Positions 20,939-30,895 of a stretch of DNA of 64,000 nt are shown here, piece after piece (position 1 is the first letter of the stretch; the number at the start of each line of letters is the position of its first letter). The DNA is from Thermodesulfobacteriota bacterium (GTDB taxonomy: Bacteria; Desulfobacterota_D; UBA1144; Nemesobacterales; UBA2774), in assembly GCA_965216785.1 (NCBI GenBank), contig OZ244197.1, positions 1,536,001-1,600,000 on the forward strand. The letters are read 5' to 3'. The notes under the pieces were generated by a model, which ran no database searches, had not been told where the DNA came from, and worked only from the letters and a program-made list of their open reading frames with translations. The translations under genes and the position numbers were made by a program.

Positions 20939-22660
20939 ATGCCCCCCAAAACCGCCAAGAGTAAAAAGCCCAAGGACCTAAGACACCCAATTACCTACAA
21001 GAGAGAGAGCGGGAAATTTGACGTCGAATGGTACAAAGGACTTGATAAGACCAACTGGGTGCTGCCAAAGGTGCTGAAAGAGCAGGCCAAGAAGCTAGGA
21101 AAAAAACCGTTCCTTCAGTTCGGCTCAAAGAAGCCTCTTAGTTTTTATCAGACGAATCAATTAGCTAACAAAATAGCAAACGGACTCATCGAACTCGGTA
21201 TAGAGAAAGGCGATAAGGTGGCCGTATATATGCCAAATTCCGATGATTACGTGATCACGTGGTTCGGCATACTAAAGCGGGGCGCTGTTATGGTGCCGAT
21301 TAATACGGCTTATGTGATGGACTTCCTTGAATACATCATTGATAGCTCCGATGCAAAGGTGCTATTCATTGCCGAGGAATACCTCGATCGTATGCCCCCT
21401 ATTGCCAAGAAGCTCAAGAAGCTCGAGCGCGTTATCGTGTGGACAAGGGACGGGGGAGAGAAATTCAACAAGCACGGCTATAACTTTAAGAAAATGATTT
21501 CTTACTCGAAATTTATAAACTCTCAGAAGAGTGCCGAGCCCGATGTCGAAGTAACCTTCATGGATTTTGCGAGACTCATGTATACCTCGGGCACGACGGG
21601 CCGCTCCAAGGGCGTTGTGCGACCGTGCGCCGCCGATTACTCAAGCGCCCGCAATTACGCAGAGATCATGGACGTCGGCCCTAAGGATGTATGCTTCACG
21701 TGCCTTCCCCTCTTTCATTCTAACGCGATGGTCATGACTGTGTACCCGGCCCTGATAAAAGGAGCCAAAGCGGTTGTCGAAGAAAAATACAGCGCCAGCA
21801 GGTTCTGGAAATGGATGGTTGATTACGGGGTTACGAAATTCAATATAGTCGGTACGGTCTCGTACTTTATGTGGAACACCCCTCCCGTGCCAGAGGAGAA
21901 GCAGCACAATGTGAAGCTCGTGCTGGGCTCCCCAGCTCCCCATGACATTATCGAGGACTTTATGAAGCGCTTTAATATAAAGTTTATGGAAGGCTACGGC
22001 CTCACCGAGATAGGCCAGTGCACATGGATGCGCCCGGGCGAGCCTTTCAGAGTGGGCTCTTGCGGTAAGGAGGCTCCTGGGTATGAAATTAAGATCGGAG
22101 ACCCCGAGACGGATGAAGAAGTTCCAAGGGGTAGTATCGGGGAGATTATCGTGCGTCCAAGGACCCCTAACCTGATGCTTCACCAGTACTACAAGATGCC
22201 GGAGAAGACAGTGGAGGACTTCAGGAACTTCTGGTTCCACACTGGGGATGCGGGGAGGATGGATAAACAGGGCTATATCTATTTTGTAGACAGAGTTAAG
22301 GATTACATCCGTAGACGCGGCGAGAACATAAGCTCTTTTGAAGTTGAGAAGATCGTAGGCTCCTACCCCGATGTCGAGGAGTCTGGAGCGATAGGCGTGA
22401 AATCCGAAGGTGGCCGTTACGCCGAGGACGAGCTTATGATCGTAGTCGTTCCTAAAAAAGGTAAGACCATCGACCCGGTAAAGCTTATGCAATTTTTAGA
22501 GAAAAGGATGCCGAGGTTCATGATCCCGAGGTTTATTAGGTTCGATAAGTCTCTTCCAAAGACAGGTACACAGAGGGTCCAGAAAAACAAGCTACGCGAA
22601 AAAGGTATAACCAAAGACACCTGGGACGCCCAAAAAGCCGGCTATAAATTTAAGAAGTAG
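20939..22660 (+). CDS. AMP-dependent acyl-CoA ligase (CaiC-like)
   Basis: YTSGTTGRSKG, EGYGLTE, WFHTGD and RRRGENISSFEVE motifs. Confidence 0.9.
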   Translation: MPPKTAKSKKPKDLRHPITYKRESGKFDVEWYKGLDKTNWVLPKVLKEQAKKLGKKPFLQFGSKKPLSFYQTNQLANKIANGLIELGIEKGDKVAVYMPNSDDYVITWFGILKRGAVMVPINTAYVMDFLEYIIDSSDAKVLFIAEEYLDRMPPIAKKLKKLERVIVWTRDGGEKFNKHGYNFKKMISYSKFINSQKSAEPDVEVTFMDFARLMYTSGTTGRSKGVVRPCAADYSSARNYAEIMDVGPKDVCFTCLPLFHSNAMVMTVYPALIKGAKAVVEEKYSASRFWKWMVDYGVTKFNIVGTVSYFMWNTPPVPEEKQHNVKLVLGSPAPHDIIEDFMKRFNIKFMEGYGLTEIGQCTWMRPGEPFRVGSCGKEAPGYEIKIGDPETDEEVPRGSIGEIIVRPRTPNLMLHQYYKMPEKTVEDFRNFWFHTGDAGRMDKQGYIYFVDRVKDYIRRRGENISSFEVEKIVGSYPDVEESGAIGVKSEGGRYAEDELMIVVVPKKGKTIDPVKLMQFLEKRMPRFMIPRFIRFDKSLPKTGTQRVQKNKLREKGITKDTWDAQKAGYKFKK

Positions 22661-22672
22661 GCACCTTCTATT

Positions 22673-22743
22673 CCCTCCTTTCTCAAAGGAGGGTTAGGTA
22701 GGATTAGTTGTCTTTGTAGTTATCCTGAGCTTGTTTCAGGATC
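22673..22743. repeat. Two adjacent REP-like palindromes
   Basis: CCCTCCTTT-CTC-AAAGGAGGG (22673-22693) and ATCCTGA-GCTTGTT-TCAGGAT (22722-22742). Confidence 0.7.
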
Positions 22744-22886
22744 CCATCTTTTTTATCCGCTATAGCGAGCATTGTGCATATCCGGACGTTGCCATTCGCG
22801 TAGTTCGGAAGGGTGGAGTAGCCCCCCTGCTTTATTTCTCAATTTTAGGTAGAATGGTATTTAACACTTTCAGTAAGGAGGGTCAG

Positions 22887-23555
22887 ATGAGAACTGTATC
22901 AGTATTACTTTTAGTAATATCAATAATATTTATGTCGGCGGGCATCGCAGCTGCAGGGGAAGCTCTCAATGTGGCTGACTTTAAAAAGCTCTACGACAGC
23001 CTGCTTTCAGGAAAGACCCTGGTGAATGAAACCCAGGAGGGCAACACTGTCGTGAAAAAGGAGAGGCACTACGGCGCCGCAGTAAACACCGGTGACGGCG
23101 ATTTCGATATACCCGTTAAGAAAGTCATTACCTATACGGTGAACGACGATGTTACGGCTACCATAACAGTAGACATACTAGATAGGGTAAACGACATTGG
23201 CGGCGTGGCCATAATTCAGGAGGAGATAACGGGCATGAGCGTTCTTGAAGCGGGCGAAGAGAAACCCGAGGCCGCCACCGGAGTAGAATTCGGCGGCGTG
23301 TACAGGGTAGGTACGAACGACAAGGGCGGTTTTGACGTTCATAACTTCGCGCTTTCGCCTTCTCTGCTTCTGGACGGAGATTCGGTGAAGCTCTCGGGCT
23401 CGATGATTTCTTTCTCTTGCTACTCACAGACGGATAAATCCGTATGCGAGCTCAATGTACGCGACTTTAACCTTGGTGACTACGAGCCTTATCAAGGCTT
23501 TAAAGTAGGCGAGCCAATAGGCGGGGATTATACGGAAGTGTTTGTAAGTAAGTAG
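22887..23555 (+). CDS. Secreted hypothetical protein
   Basis: AAGGAGG RBS, signal peptide, beta-rich body. Confidence 0.65.
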   Translation: MRTVSVLLLVISIIFMSAGIAAAGEALNVADFKKLYDSLLSGKTLVNETQEGNTVVKKERHYGAAVNTGDGDFDIPVKKVITYTVNDDVTATITVDILDRVNDIGGVAIIQEEITGMSVLEAGEEKPEAATGVEFGGVYRVGTNDKGGFDVHNFALSPSLLLDGDSVKLSGSMISFSCYSQTDKSVCELNVRDFNLGDYEPYQGFKVGEPIGGDYTEVFVSK

Positions 23556-23595
23556 CTTGATGTTAAAGAAAATATCTGCCGGAGGATATACAAAT

Positions 23596-23982
23596 ATGAA
23601 AAATATTATCTATGTGTTCACAATATTGGCGTTTGTAATAATACCTATGAGTTATGTAACAGCCGACCCGGTGGTTGATCCTTCGACTATCAGGAACCAG
23701 GACAAGTACTATAGGGACAACGCCGAGTGTAAAGCCCTTGCTAAGGAAAATAAAGGCGGAGTAGGTAACGTCGCAAAAGACACTGCAATCGGAGCGGGTG
23801 TCGGGGCGGGAACGGGCGCTCTGCTCGGGGCGATCGGCGGCGGAGTAGGTAAGGGGCTGGGCATAGGAGCCGTAGTCGGCGGAGTTGCGGGCGGCGGTAT
23901 GAGCGTATACAAAAACCACAAGAGCTATGATGAGATTTACAAGAACTGTATGCGCGGAAGAGGCTACAGGGTGCTCAACTAA
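23596..23982 (+). CDS. Glycine zipper domain protein
   Basis: GAGVGAGTGALLGAIGG repeats and C-terminal CMRGRGYRVLN. Confidence 0.85.
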   Translation: MKNIIYVFTILAFVIIPMSYVTADPVVDPSTIRNQDKYYRDNAECKALAKENKGGVGNVAKDTAIGAGVGAGTGALLGAIGGGVGKGLGIGAVVGGVAGGGMSVYKNHKSYDEIYKNCMRGRGYRVLN

Positions 23983-24002
23983 AACAGCCCTTTTGATATA
24001 TG

Positions 24003-24833
24003 TCAGTAACTGAAGTGCTTTATCTTTTCACCCTTTTCACCGATCTCGGTCATCGCATCGATGCCGATTTGGAGATGTATGTCAGACCAGTCCTTCGTGA
24101 CCTTAAGGTCTGACTCCTCGGTCTTGACTCCCTCGGGTGTTATGGGGACGTCAGAAACCAGCAGAAGCGCTCCTCGGGGTATATGGTTGTGGTGGCCTAC
24201 GATAAATAATGTGGCCGTCTCCATATCGATAGCCATAACAGTAAGTGATTTAAGGTACTCCATGAAACCTTCATCGTGCTCCCAGACTCTTCTGTTAGTT
24301 GTATATATAACTCCTGTCCTGTACTCATATCCAAGATCAACTATCTTTTCGGATACGAATTTATGAAGCTTAAATGAGGGCAGGGCCGGTACTTCCTTGG
24401 GGAAATAGTCACTACTCGTTCCTTCTCCTCTTATAGCTGCAATAGGAAGTATGAAGTGTCCGATTTCACTTGATTTTTTAAGTCCCCCACATTTGCCTAA
24501 GAAAAGCACTCCTTTAGGCTCGGCGGCTATAAGGAGGTCCATTATCGTAGCTGCGTTTGGGGAGCCCATCCCGAAATTAATTATGGAGAGCCCCTTGGAG
24601 TTTGTAGCAACCTGCATGGGTTTATCTTCCCCGTAAATCCCGCAGCCGAACATTTCTGCAAACCTCTGGACATAAAATTGGAAATTGGTGAGCAGTATGT
24701 AGTCGCCGAATTTATCAAGCGGCATACCTGTATAGCGCGGGAGCCAATTTCTAGCGAGTTCAGTCTTTTCCGTTATCGACATTCCGGGGTTTGATATGGA
24801 TTCTCTGAATTCATTCATAGTATTCTCAGACAA
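24003..24833 (-). CDS. amn: AMP nucleosidase (short form)
   Basis: NWLPRYTG, NFGMGSPNAAT, AIRGEGTS and IDMETAT motifs. Confidence 0.88.
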   Translation of the reverse strand: MSENTMNEFRESISNPGMSITEKTELARNWLPRYTGMPLDKFGDYILLTNFQFYVQRFAEMFGCGIYGEDKPMQVATNSKGLSIINFGMGSPNAATIMDLLIAAEPKGVLFLGKCGGLKKSSEIGHFILPIAAIRGEGTSSDYFPKEVPALPSFKLHKFVSEKIVDLGYEYRTGVIYTTNRRVWEHDEGFMEYLKSLTVMAIDMETATLFIVGHHNHIPRGALLLVSDVPITPEGVKTEESDLKVTKDWSDIHLQIGIDAMTEIGEKGEKIKHFSY

Positions 24834-24921
24834 ACTGAAGTATCTGTCAGACTAAATATAAATTTAGCCCTTAGGCTGCGTTATTTCAATCGGAATTCAT
24901 GAAGTGTCCGGTATAGTTCGG

Positions 24922-25647
24922 TTAGCGGCCAACCCTGTTCTCGAGCACCAATATAATAAGAAAGCCGATAAAGAACATTGTTGTGGCAAAAGCATTGTCG
25001 CGGCCTTGGTGGGCCTCGACAAGGAGCTCCTCGGTCACGAGGTAAAGAAGCGCCGCTGTAGCGAAAGCAATTACAATTTCGAGACTGTGTCCGGTTAAGC
25101 CGTCAAGGAAAAAACCTCCGAGTGAGGCGCCAATAAGTACCAGCGTTGCGAGCATGACCGTAACCCCGATTACCGTGCTCTTGCTCTTTCCCCCTTTTGT
25201 GAGTGAAGAGACTACTGAAATCGTAAGAAACAATAGCTCTATGGTTAACGCAATCGTTATCACGATGCCTTCTTTAACGCCCACATCAAAGCTCACTCCC
25301 ATCAAGAGCCCGTCAATAAACACGTCCACGCCCGAGGCTACAACCAGTCCGCCTGAGCCGCGGGAATGTTCACTTGACTCCTTTTGCTCGAATTTGTCCG
25401 TAACGAATCTGACCAGTAGCATGAGCCCGACTCCCAGAAAAAAACCTATAAGAAGTGAGGCGAGATGAATGTTCCGAGTAAGCTCGGGAAGAAGCTCCAC
25501 GCCTACGGCTGCAAACACAACCCCTGCCGCGAAGTGCTGAACGGATATTCTGGTCTTTTCCCCGGGGGATCTGTAGGCGGCAATGGTGCCTCCTATGATC
25601 GTAGCAATTATGGGTATGAGGGTATACGTCAGTATGGTCGAGAGCAT
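24922..25647 (-). CDS. ZIP family metal transporter
   Basis: QHFAAGVV, VELLPE, DVFIDG and LLYLVTEELLVEAH motifs. Confidence 0.85.
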   Translation of the reverse strand: MLSTILTYTLIPIIATIIGGTIAAYRSPGEKTRISVQHFAAGVVFAAVGVELLPELTRNIHLASLLIGFFLGVGLMLLVRFVTDKFEQKESSEHSRGSGGLVVASGVDVFIDGLLMGVSFDVGVKEGIVITIALTIELLFLTISVVSSLTKGGKSKSTVIGVTVMLATLVLIGASLGGFFLDGLTGHSLEIVIAFATAALLYLVTEELLVEAHQGRDNAFATTMFFIGFLIILVLENRVGR

Positions 25648-25813
25648 TTTTTCGGGTCTCTTTGGTCTAAATAAAACTTAACCGGTAAGTTCCTACGTAT
25701 CTAATTTAGTCCAAATGTACACTAAATAGGAGGCGGGACTAATGAGAGCTCTCTTGATTTCCGGGCGCAACTTTATTATATGTATATTGATAGACGGTTA
25801 ATAGCCGAGGGGT

Positions 25814-27238
25814 ATGAAAATGAATAAATATTATATGTTTGTCTTTATAGCTACAATATTGCTGATAGGGTGTAGCAAAGAGGTATACACCGACCCTGAT
25901 CTTGGGGGACTGTACAACAGAGCCGCTTCGCGCTCACATATAGAGGGAAACCCTGTTATCGTTATACCGGGGATACTGGGCTCTAAGCTGAGGGACGGTG
26001 AGTCGGGCCAGCTTGTGTGGGGGGCCTTTGAAAAAGGGGTTACCAATCCCGAGACTCCCGAAGGCGCAAGGCTAATAGCTATCCCGATGAAAGAAGGGGC
26101 GCCGCTGAGTGAGCTTACAGACAGCGTGCACTCTGACGGTGCGCTCGATATTGTTAAAGTAAGCCTGTTTGGGCTCCCGATCGAGCTAAACGCATATGTG
26201 AATATATTAAGCACTTTAGGGGCGGGCGGATATCTGGACGAGCAGATCGCCGCAAATGATCTGAACCAAATTGATTACGGGGACGACCACTTCACATGCT
26301 TTCAGTTCGATTATGACTGGAGGCTCGATAACGTAGAGAACGCAAAGAGGCTCGGGGAATTTATAAAGGAGAAAAAGGCTTATATTCTTGAGGAATATAA
26401 AAAACGCGGTATAGAACGAGATGACGTGAAATTCGACATAGTCGCGCACTCCATGGGCGGGCTGCTTACAAGGTATTTTCTGCGCTACGGCCAAGAAGAC
26501 CTGCCCCCGGACGGCTCACTGCCCGAGCTTACGTGGGCCGGGGCCGAATACGTAGAGAAGGTGATAATCATCGGTACCCCTAACGCCGGAGCTATTGGCT
26601 CTATAGAAACTCTGGTAGAGGGGCGCGATATCGGGCCGTTTCTTCCCAAGTACGAACCCGCGATCATAGGGACATTCCCCTCACTCTATCAGCAGCTGCC
26701 GAGAACAAGACACAATGCCGTACGAGACGAAAACGGTGTTAGCGTAAACCTGGCTGACCCAGAGACCTGGGAGCTTTATGAGTGGAGTCTCCTGGACCCA
26801 GAGCAGGACAGGGTGCTACAGTGGCTCTTGCCCGATGTACCCGAAGCTTCACAAAGGCGCGCGATAGCTCTTGATCATCTCACAAAATCCCTTGAGCGAG
26901 GAATACAGTTCCAGGAGGCTCTGGATGTGCCGGCAAAGCCGCCCTCGGGGTTAATTCTATACCTCATTGCGGGGGACGCAATTCCGACGGGGGCGGGGAT
27001 TACTGTATCCGAAACCGGTGAGATTGAGGTTACAAACTACACCCCTGGTGACGGCACGGTTACGCGCGCAAGCGCCCTTATGGACGAGAGAGTAGGCGGA
27101 CAATGGAATTTGCACCTGGTGTCCCCAGTTAAATGGTCAAACGTGATGTTCCTCTTCACGGACCACCTGGGGCTCACAAAAGATCCGGCGTTCAGCGATA
27201 ACGTGCTTTATCTACTTCTCGAGCACCCGATGAATTAA
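25814..27238 (+). CDS. Lipoprotein alpha/beta hydrolase (LCAT/lipase-like)
   Basis: Lipobox LIGC, IPGILGS, YDWR, AHSMGG nucleophile elbow, GDGTV and DH. Confidence 0.8.
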   Translation: MKMNKYYMFVFIATILLIGCSKEVYTDPDLGGLYNRAASRSHIEGNPVIVIPGILGSKLRDGESGQLVWGAFEKGVTNPETPEGARLIAIPMKEGAPLSELTDSVHSDGALDIVKVSLFGLPIELNAYVNILSTLGAGGYLDEQIAANDLNQIDYGDDHFTCFQFDYDWRLDNVENAKRLGEFIKEKKAYILEEYKKRGIERDDVKFDIVAHSMGGLLTRYFLRYGQEDLPPDGSLPELTWAGAEYVEKVIIIGTPNAGAIGSIETLVEGRDIGPFLPKYEPAIIGTFPSLYQQLPRTRHNAVRDENGVSVNLADPETWELYEWSLLDPEQDRVLQWLLPDVPEASQRRAIALDHLTKSLERGIQFQEALDVPAKPPSGLILYLIAGDAIPTGAGITVSETGEIEVTNYTPGDGTVTRASALMDERVGGQWNLHLVSPVKWSNVMFLFTDHLGLTKDPAFSDNVLYLLLEHPMN

Positions 27239-27346
27239 CTCTACGGGAATAATTTTCAATTGATTCCCTAGTTGATAGTCAGGAACTGTCCTGTAGATTT
27301 ATACTGCTGTTTTAAATCCGTATGATTTCAGGAACCGGAGAGAATT

Positions 27347-28321
27347 TTGCCCAAAAACCGCTCACTGAGAGAAATATTAAAAAATTCTAAAAAGGCGCTT
27401 CTTATAGGCATAGGAGGGGGCGGGGATATTGTGGGAACGATACCCACAGGGGATCTGCTGGGTATGTTCGGAGTTGAGTGTGTTTACGGGGGTATATCGT
27501 GGGAGCGCTCAGTATTTGACCCTGTGCCGGGGCCGAGGACTTTTGAAGAGACAAAAAACGTTAAGAAATTGAACGATGTCGTTTGGTTCGCAAACCCAAA
27601 AACCACTACAAACACAGGGGTTAGTTACGCAGAGAGCGGGTTCTCACGTGTTTTGGGCGAGGAGACGCTTTTAATAGGGATTCACAGCGGGCCGGAGGCT
27701 GTGGCACAGGGCATTGTGGATGCCTGCCGTAAGCTCGATGCCGACTTGGTCATAGGGGTTGACGTGGGCGGAGACGTGCTGGCGCAGGGCGACGAGCCGG
27801 GGCTTATGAGCCCTCTTGCCGATTCGCTAATGACTGCGGCCCTTTACATCGTAAACCGTGATATCCAGACTGTTATGGGACTATTTGGTTTTGGAAGCGA
27901 CGGAGAGCTAACACATAGCGAGCTTGAACGCTCGATGAAAGTGCTTGCCAAGGAAGGGGGCATACTCGGGAGCTGGGGCATCACGCAAGACGCTCTTAAA
28001 AGGCTTGAAGAGATGATCTCTAGCGTGCCTACTGAAGCGAGCCGCATGCCCGTCTTATACGCAAAGGGCGAGTTTACGGATACTACGATAAGAAGCGGCA
28101 GGCGCAACATATCGCTTTCAATGTCTTCTACCGTTACTTTTTACTTCTCGACAGAGGTAGTTTATGAAAAATTGTCCAGGCTTTCTCCTTGCGTTTGCGG
28201 TTGTAAGAGCCTTGAGGAAGCAAACGACGCTCTTCATGCAATCGGTGTTCATACCGAGCTTGATATTGAGCGGGAGAGGTTAAAAGACGATGAGGGCCAA
28301 AGTAGTACCTCCCCTAGATAG
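27347..28321 (+). CDS. DUF1152 family protein
   Basis: GIGGGGDI, DVGGDVLAQGDEPGLMSPLAD, GSDGEL and PTEAS motifs. Confidence 0.8.
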   Translation: MPKNRSLREILKNSKKALLIGIGGGGDIVGTIPTGDLLGMFGVECVYGGISWERSVFDPVPGPRTFEETKNVKKLNDVVWFANPKTTTNTGVSYAESGFSRVLGEETLLIGIHSGPEAVAQGIVDACRKLDADLVIGVDVGGDVLAQGDEPGLMSPLADSLMTAALYIVNRDIQTVMGLFGFGSDGELTHSELERSMKVLAKEGGILGSWGITQDALKRLEEMISSVPTEASRMPVLYAKGEFTDTTIRSGRRNISLSMSSTVTFYFSTEVVYEKLSRLSPCVCGCKSLEEANDALHAIGVHTELDIERERLKDDEGQSSTSPR

Positions 28322-28524
28322 ATTCTGCTATTTGTGCTTTAAAGCTTTGAGCGCATAGCTTGGCTCGCTTATTTCTACGCAGAATTAGCCAAGAACACTG
28401 CGGTGCAAAACTATAATGCAATTTAGTCTCTTGGTGGATTACGCCTAAGTTTGACACTCCCGATATATCGTGTTAAATACTTACGATTTTTTAAATTTCT
28501 ACCCTGAGGTAAAACACCCTTAAA

Positions 28525-29802
28525 ATGAGTGTGGAAGAAGTAAGTCATTATTCGGTAGAGCAGTTTTTTATCGCATTTGCACTGATACTCATAGTCTCGA
28601 AATTGTTCGGTGAGGCGGCAGAGCGCATCAAGCAGCCCTCAGTGTTGGGAGAGCTTGTCGCGGGCATAATACTTGGCGGAAGCGTGCTTGCCGTGGTTCC
28701 TTCGGTCTCCGGTATGTCAGGGTACGAATTATTTCACATATTGGCCGAGGTAGGGGTAGCCATACTCCTGTTTGAAATAGGTCTCGAGACCGATCTGAAA
28801 GACCTGATAAGGGTCGGATTTACTTCAACGATTGTTGCGATTGTGGGCGTAGTGGTGCCTTTTGCGCTTGGTTTCGGAAGCATTTTAGCTTTTGAAAAAT
28901 TTGGTCTGCTGCATGGTATAGACCCCTCTCTACACATACTTATCGCGATTACGGCAGGCGCCACGCTTACGGCTACGAGCGTCGGTATTACCGCGAGGGT
29001 GCTCTCTGACATGAACCGGCTTCAGAGCGGGGAAGCTAAGATAATTCTGGGAGCCGCTGTTATTGACGACATACTGGGTCTTATCATATTGGGTGTCGTG
29101 AGCGGTCTTATCGAGTCCTCAAAATCAGGCAATGGTGAGATGGCGATTTCAGCAGCGGGCGTTGGGTTTATAATACTTAAGGCGTTTGGATTTTTGGTTG
29201 TAGCTATAATTATCGGGAATCTTACTTCCAAGAGGCTTTTCGATCTTATAGACAAGATGCGCGTACGTGGAGTGCTGCTATTATTTGCGCTTGCTTTTGC
29301 ATTAATATTTTCCTACCTGGCGGCGCTTGTGGGCTTAGCCCCGATTGTTGGAGCATTCGCTGCGGGTCTTGTGCTTGCAAACACCAATCAGTTTAAGCCT
29401 ATAGAGGAGCGGCTCAAGCCTGTTTCAGACGTATTTACACCAATATTTTTCGTTATGGTAGGCGCTGCTGTAGATATTAGGGTCTTTAACCCTTTCGTAA
29501 GCGAGAATATTCCGATATTATTAATTGCTCTAATACTTTTCATTGTTGCTGTAGTGGGTAAATTTGTTAGCGGTTGGGTCGTGTTTCAGAAAGGAATTAA
29601 TAAGACAGCGATCGGTTTTGGAATGATTCCAAGGGGTGAGGTCGGGCTTATTTTCGCTCAGGTCGGACTTACTTACGGCGTATTTACCTCAGAGCTTTTT
29701 TCCGCTGTGACGGTAATGGTTATGCTGACCACTTTTATTGCGCCGCCGCTTCTTAAGATGGCGTTTTCGGGGAGCGATGAGGGTGCTCAAGAGTCAGCCT
29801 AG
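28525..29802 (+). CDS. CPA2 family cation:proton antiporter (NapA-like)
   Basis: QPSVLGEL, LFEIGLE, ATSVGIT, AAVIDD, PIFFV and MIPRGEVG motifs. Confidence 0.92.
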   Translation: MSVEEVSHYSVEQFFIAFALILIVSKLFGEAAERIKQPSVLGELVAGIILGGSVLAVVPSVSGMSGYELFHILAEVGVAILLFEIGLETDLKDLIRVGFTSTIVAIVGVVVPFALGFGSILAFEKFGLLHGIDPSLHILIAITAGATLTATSVGITARVLSDMNRLQSGEAKIILGAAVIDDILGLIILGVVSGLIESSKSGNGEMAISAAGVGFIILKAFGFLVVAIIIGNLTSKRLFDLIDKMRVRGVLLLFALAFALIFSYLAALVGLAPIVGAFAAGLVLANTNQFKPIEERLKPVSDVFTPIFFVMVGAAVDIRVFNPFVSENIPILLIALILFIVAVVGKFVSGWVVFQKGINKTAIGFGMIPRGEVGLIFAQVGLTYGVFTSELFSAVTVMVMLTTFIAPPLLKMAFSGSDEGAQESA

Positions 29803-29822
29803 AGATTTAACAGGAGATATTT

Positions 29823-30344
29823 ATGATGCTAAATAAAAGAAATTTTTCAATTACGCTTTGTGCACTGGGGCTATTCGCCGTATCAGCGACGAGCTCGTTT
29901 GCAGCGGATGATTTACTGAGCGTAAACAAAACCGTATTTATACAGATCGTACTGTTCCTCATAGCTATTTATATTTTGAATAAACTTGTGTTTAAACCCT
30001 TCTTAAATCTTATGGACCGTAGAGACAAACTCACCCGCGGAGCTATAGAAGAGGCAAAGGAGCTTGAAGAGAAAGTCGCTCACATAATAGAAGAATACGA
30101 CGCCAAGCTTGCCGAGGCCCGCTCGCTTGCTGTAGAAGAGCGAAACAAGATCGTGCAGGAAGGGCAGAGCGCCGCAGATGACATTTTGAGTAAGGCCAGG
30201 GAAGAAACATCAGAACTCTTGCACGAGGCCAAACATAAGCTTGAGGCAGAAACTGAGGAGATTAAGAATAAGGTTAAAACGGATGTGGATGATATAGCTC
30301 AGGATATCGCCTCAAGAGTACTGGGTAAGGAGATCGCGTCATGA
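29823..30344 (+). CDS. ATP synthase F0 subunit b'
   Basis: IQIVLFL...LNKLVFKP followed by a coiled coil; first gene of the atp cluster. Confidence 0.88.
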   Translation: MMLNKRNFSITLCALGLFAVSATSSFAADDLLSVNKTVFIQIVLFLIAIYILNKLVFKPFLNLMDRRDKLTRGAIEEAKELEEKVAHIIEEYDAKLAEARSLAVEERNKIVQEGQSAADDILSKAREETSELLHEAKHKLEAETEEIKNKVKTDVDDIAQDIASRVLGKEIAS

Positions 30345-30895
30345 CAGAGTTTGAAATACTTAACCTATTAATAGCAGGAGCCTCTGAAGGCGGAGGGTTT
30401 GATTGGGGTTTTGTGACTGAGCACACAGTAAACCTGTTAATTCTACTTGCTGTGATCGTTTATTTTGCTAAAAACCCGGTGAAGGATTTTCTGGTCGCAA
30501 GAAGGGCAAACATAAGCAGCGAGATAGATGAAGCCCAAAAAACCATAAAGGAAGCCAAAGAAAGATACGAAGAATATGCCCAGAAACTGGAGGGAATTGA
30601 GGGGGAGATCGCGAGTCTTAAAGATACTCTTGTGAAGCAGGGGGAGACGGAAAGGGACGAGATTGTAAAACAAGCGAGTCAAACCTCGGACATATTGAGC
30701 AAAGAGGCTAGAGACACTATAGAGCTTGAGGCGGAGAGGGCGAAGCAAGAGATTCAGTCAGAGGTTGTCGCGCTTGCTATCGGTATTGCGGAGAAATTAA
30801 TAAAGGAAAATCTGGGCGAATCTGAAAAAGAGAAATTGCTCTCAGAGTTCACTAAAAATGTAGAGGAAGAAAAATGGCATCAATCGCAACATTAA
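30341..30895 (+). CDS. atpF: ATP synthase F0 subunit b
   Basis: VNLLILLAVIVYFAKNPVKDFL followed by a coiled coil; ATGA overlap. Confidence 0.88.
   Translation: MTEFEILNLLIAGASEGGGFDWGFVTEHTVNLLILLAVIVYFAKNPVKDFLVARRANISSEIDEAQKTIKEAKERYEEYAQKLEGIEGEIASLKDTLVKQGETERDEIVKQASQTSDILSKEARDTIELEAERAKQEIQSEVVALAIGIAEKLIKENLGESEKEKLLSEFTKNVEEEKWHQSQH

Noticed and set aside
21641-22492. 283-aa minus-strand ORF
   Set aside because: It is an antisense shadow of the acyl-CoA ligase.
22731-22886. Extended N-terminus of the 22731 ORF
   Set aside because: It runs through a palindromic repeat; the AAGGAGG RBS and signal peptide support ATG 22887 instead.
28322-28524. Na+/Li+ riboswitch upstream of the antiporter
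   Set aside because: No recognisable conserved motif; an Infernal search would be needed to exclude it fully.
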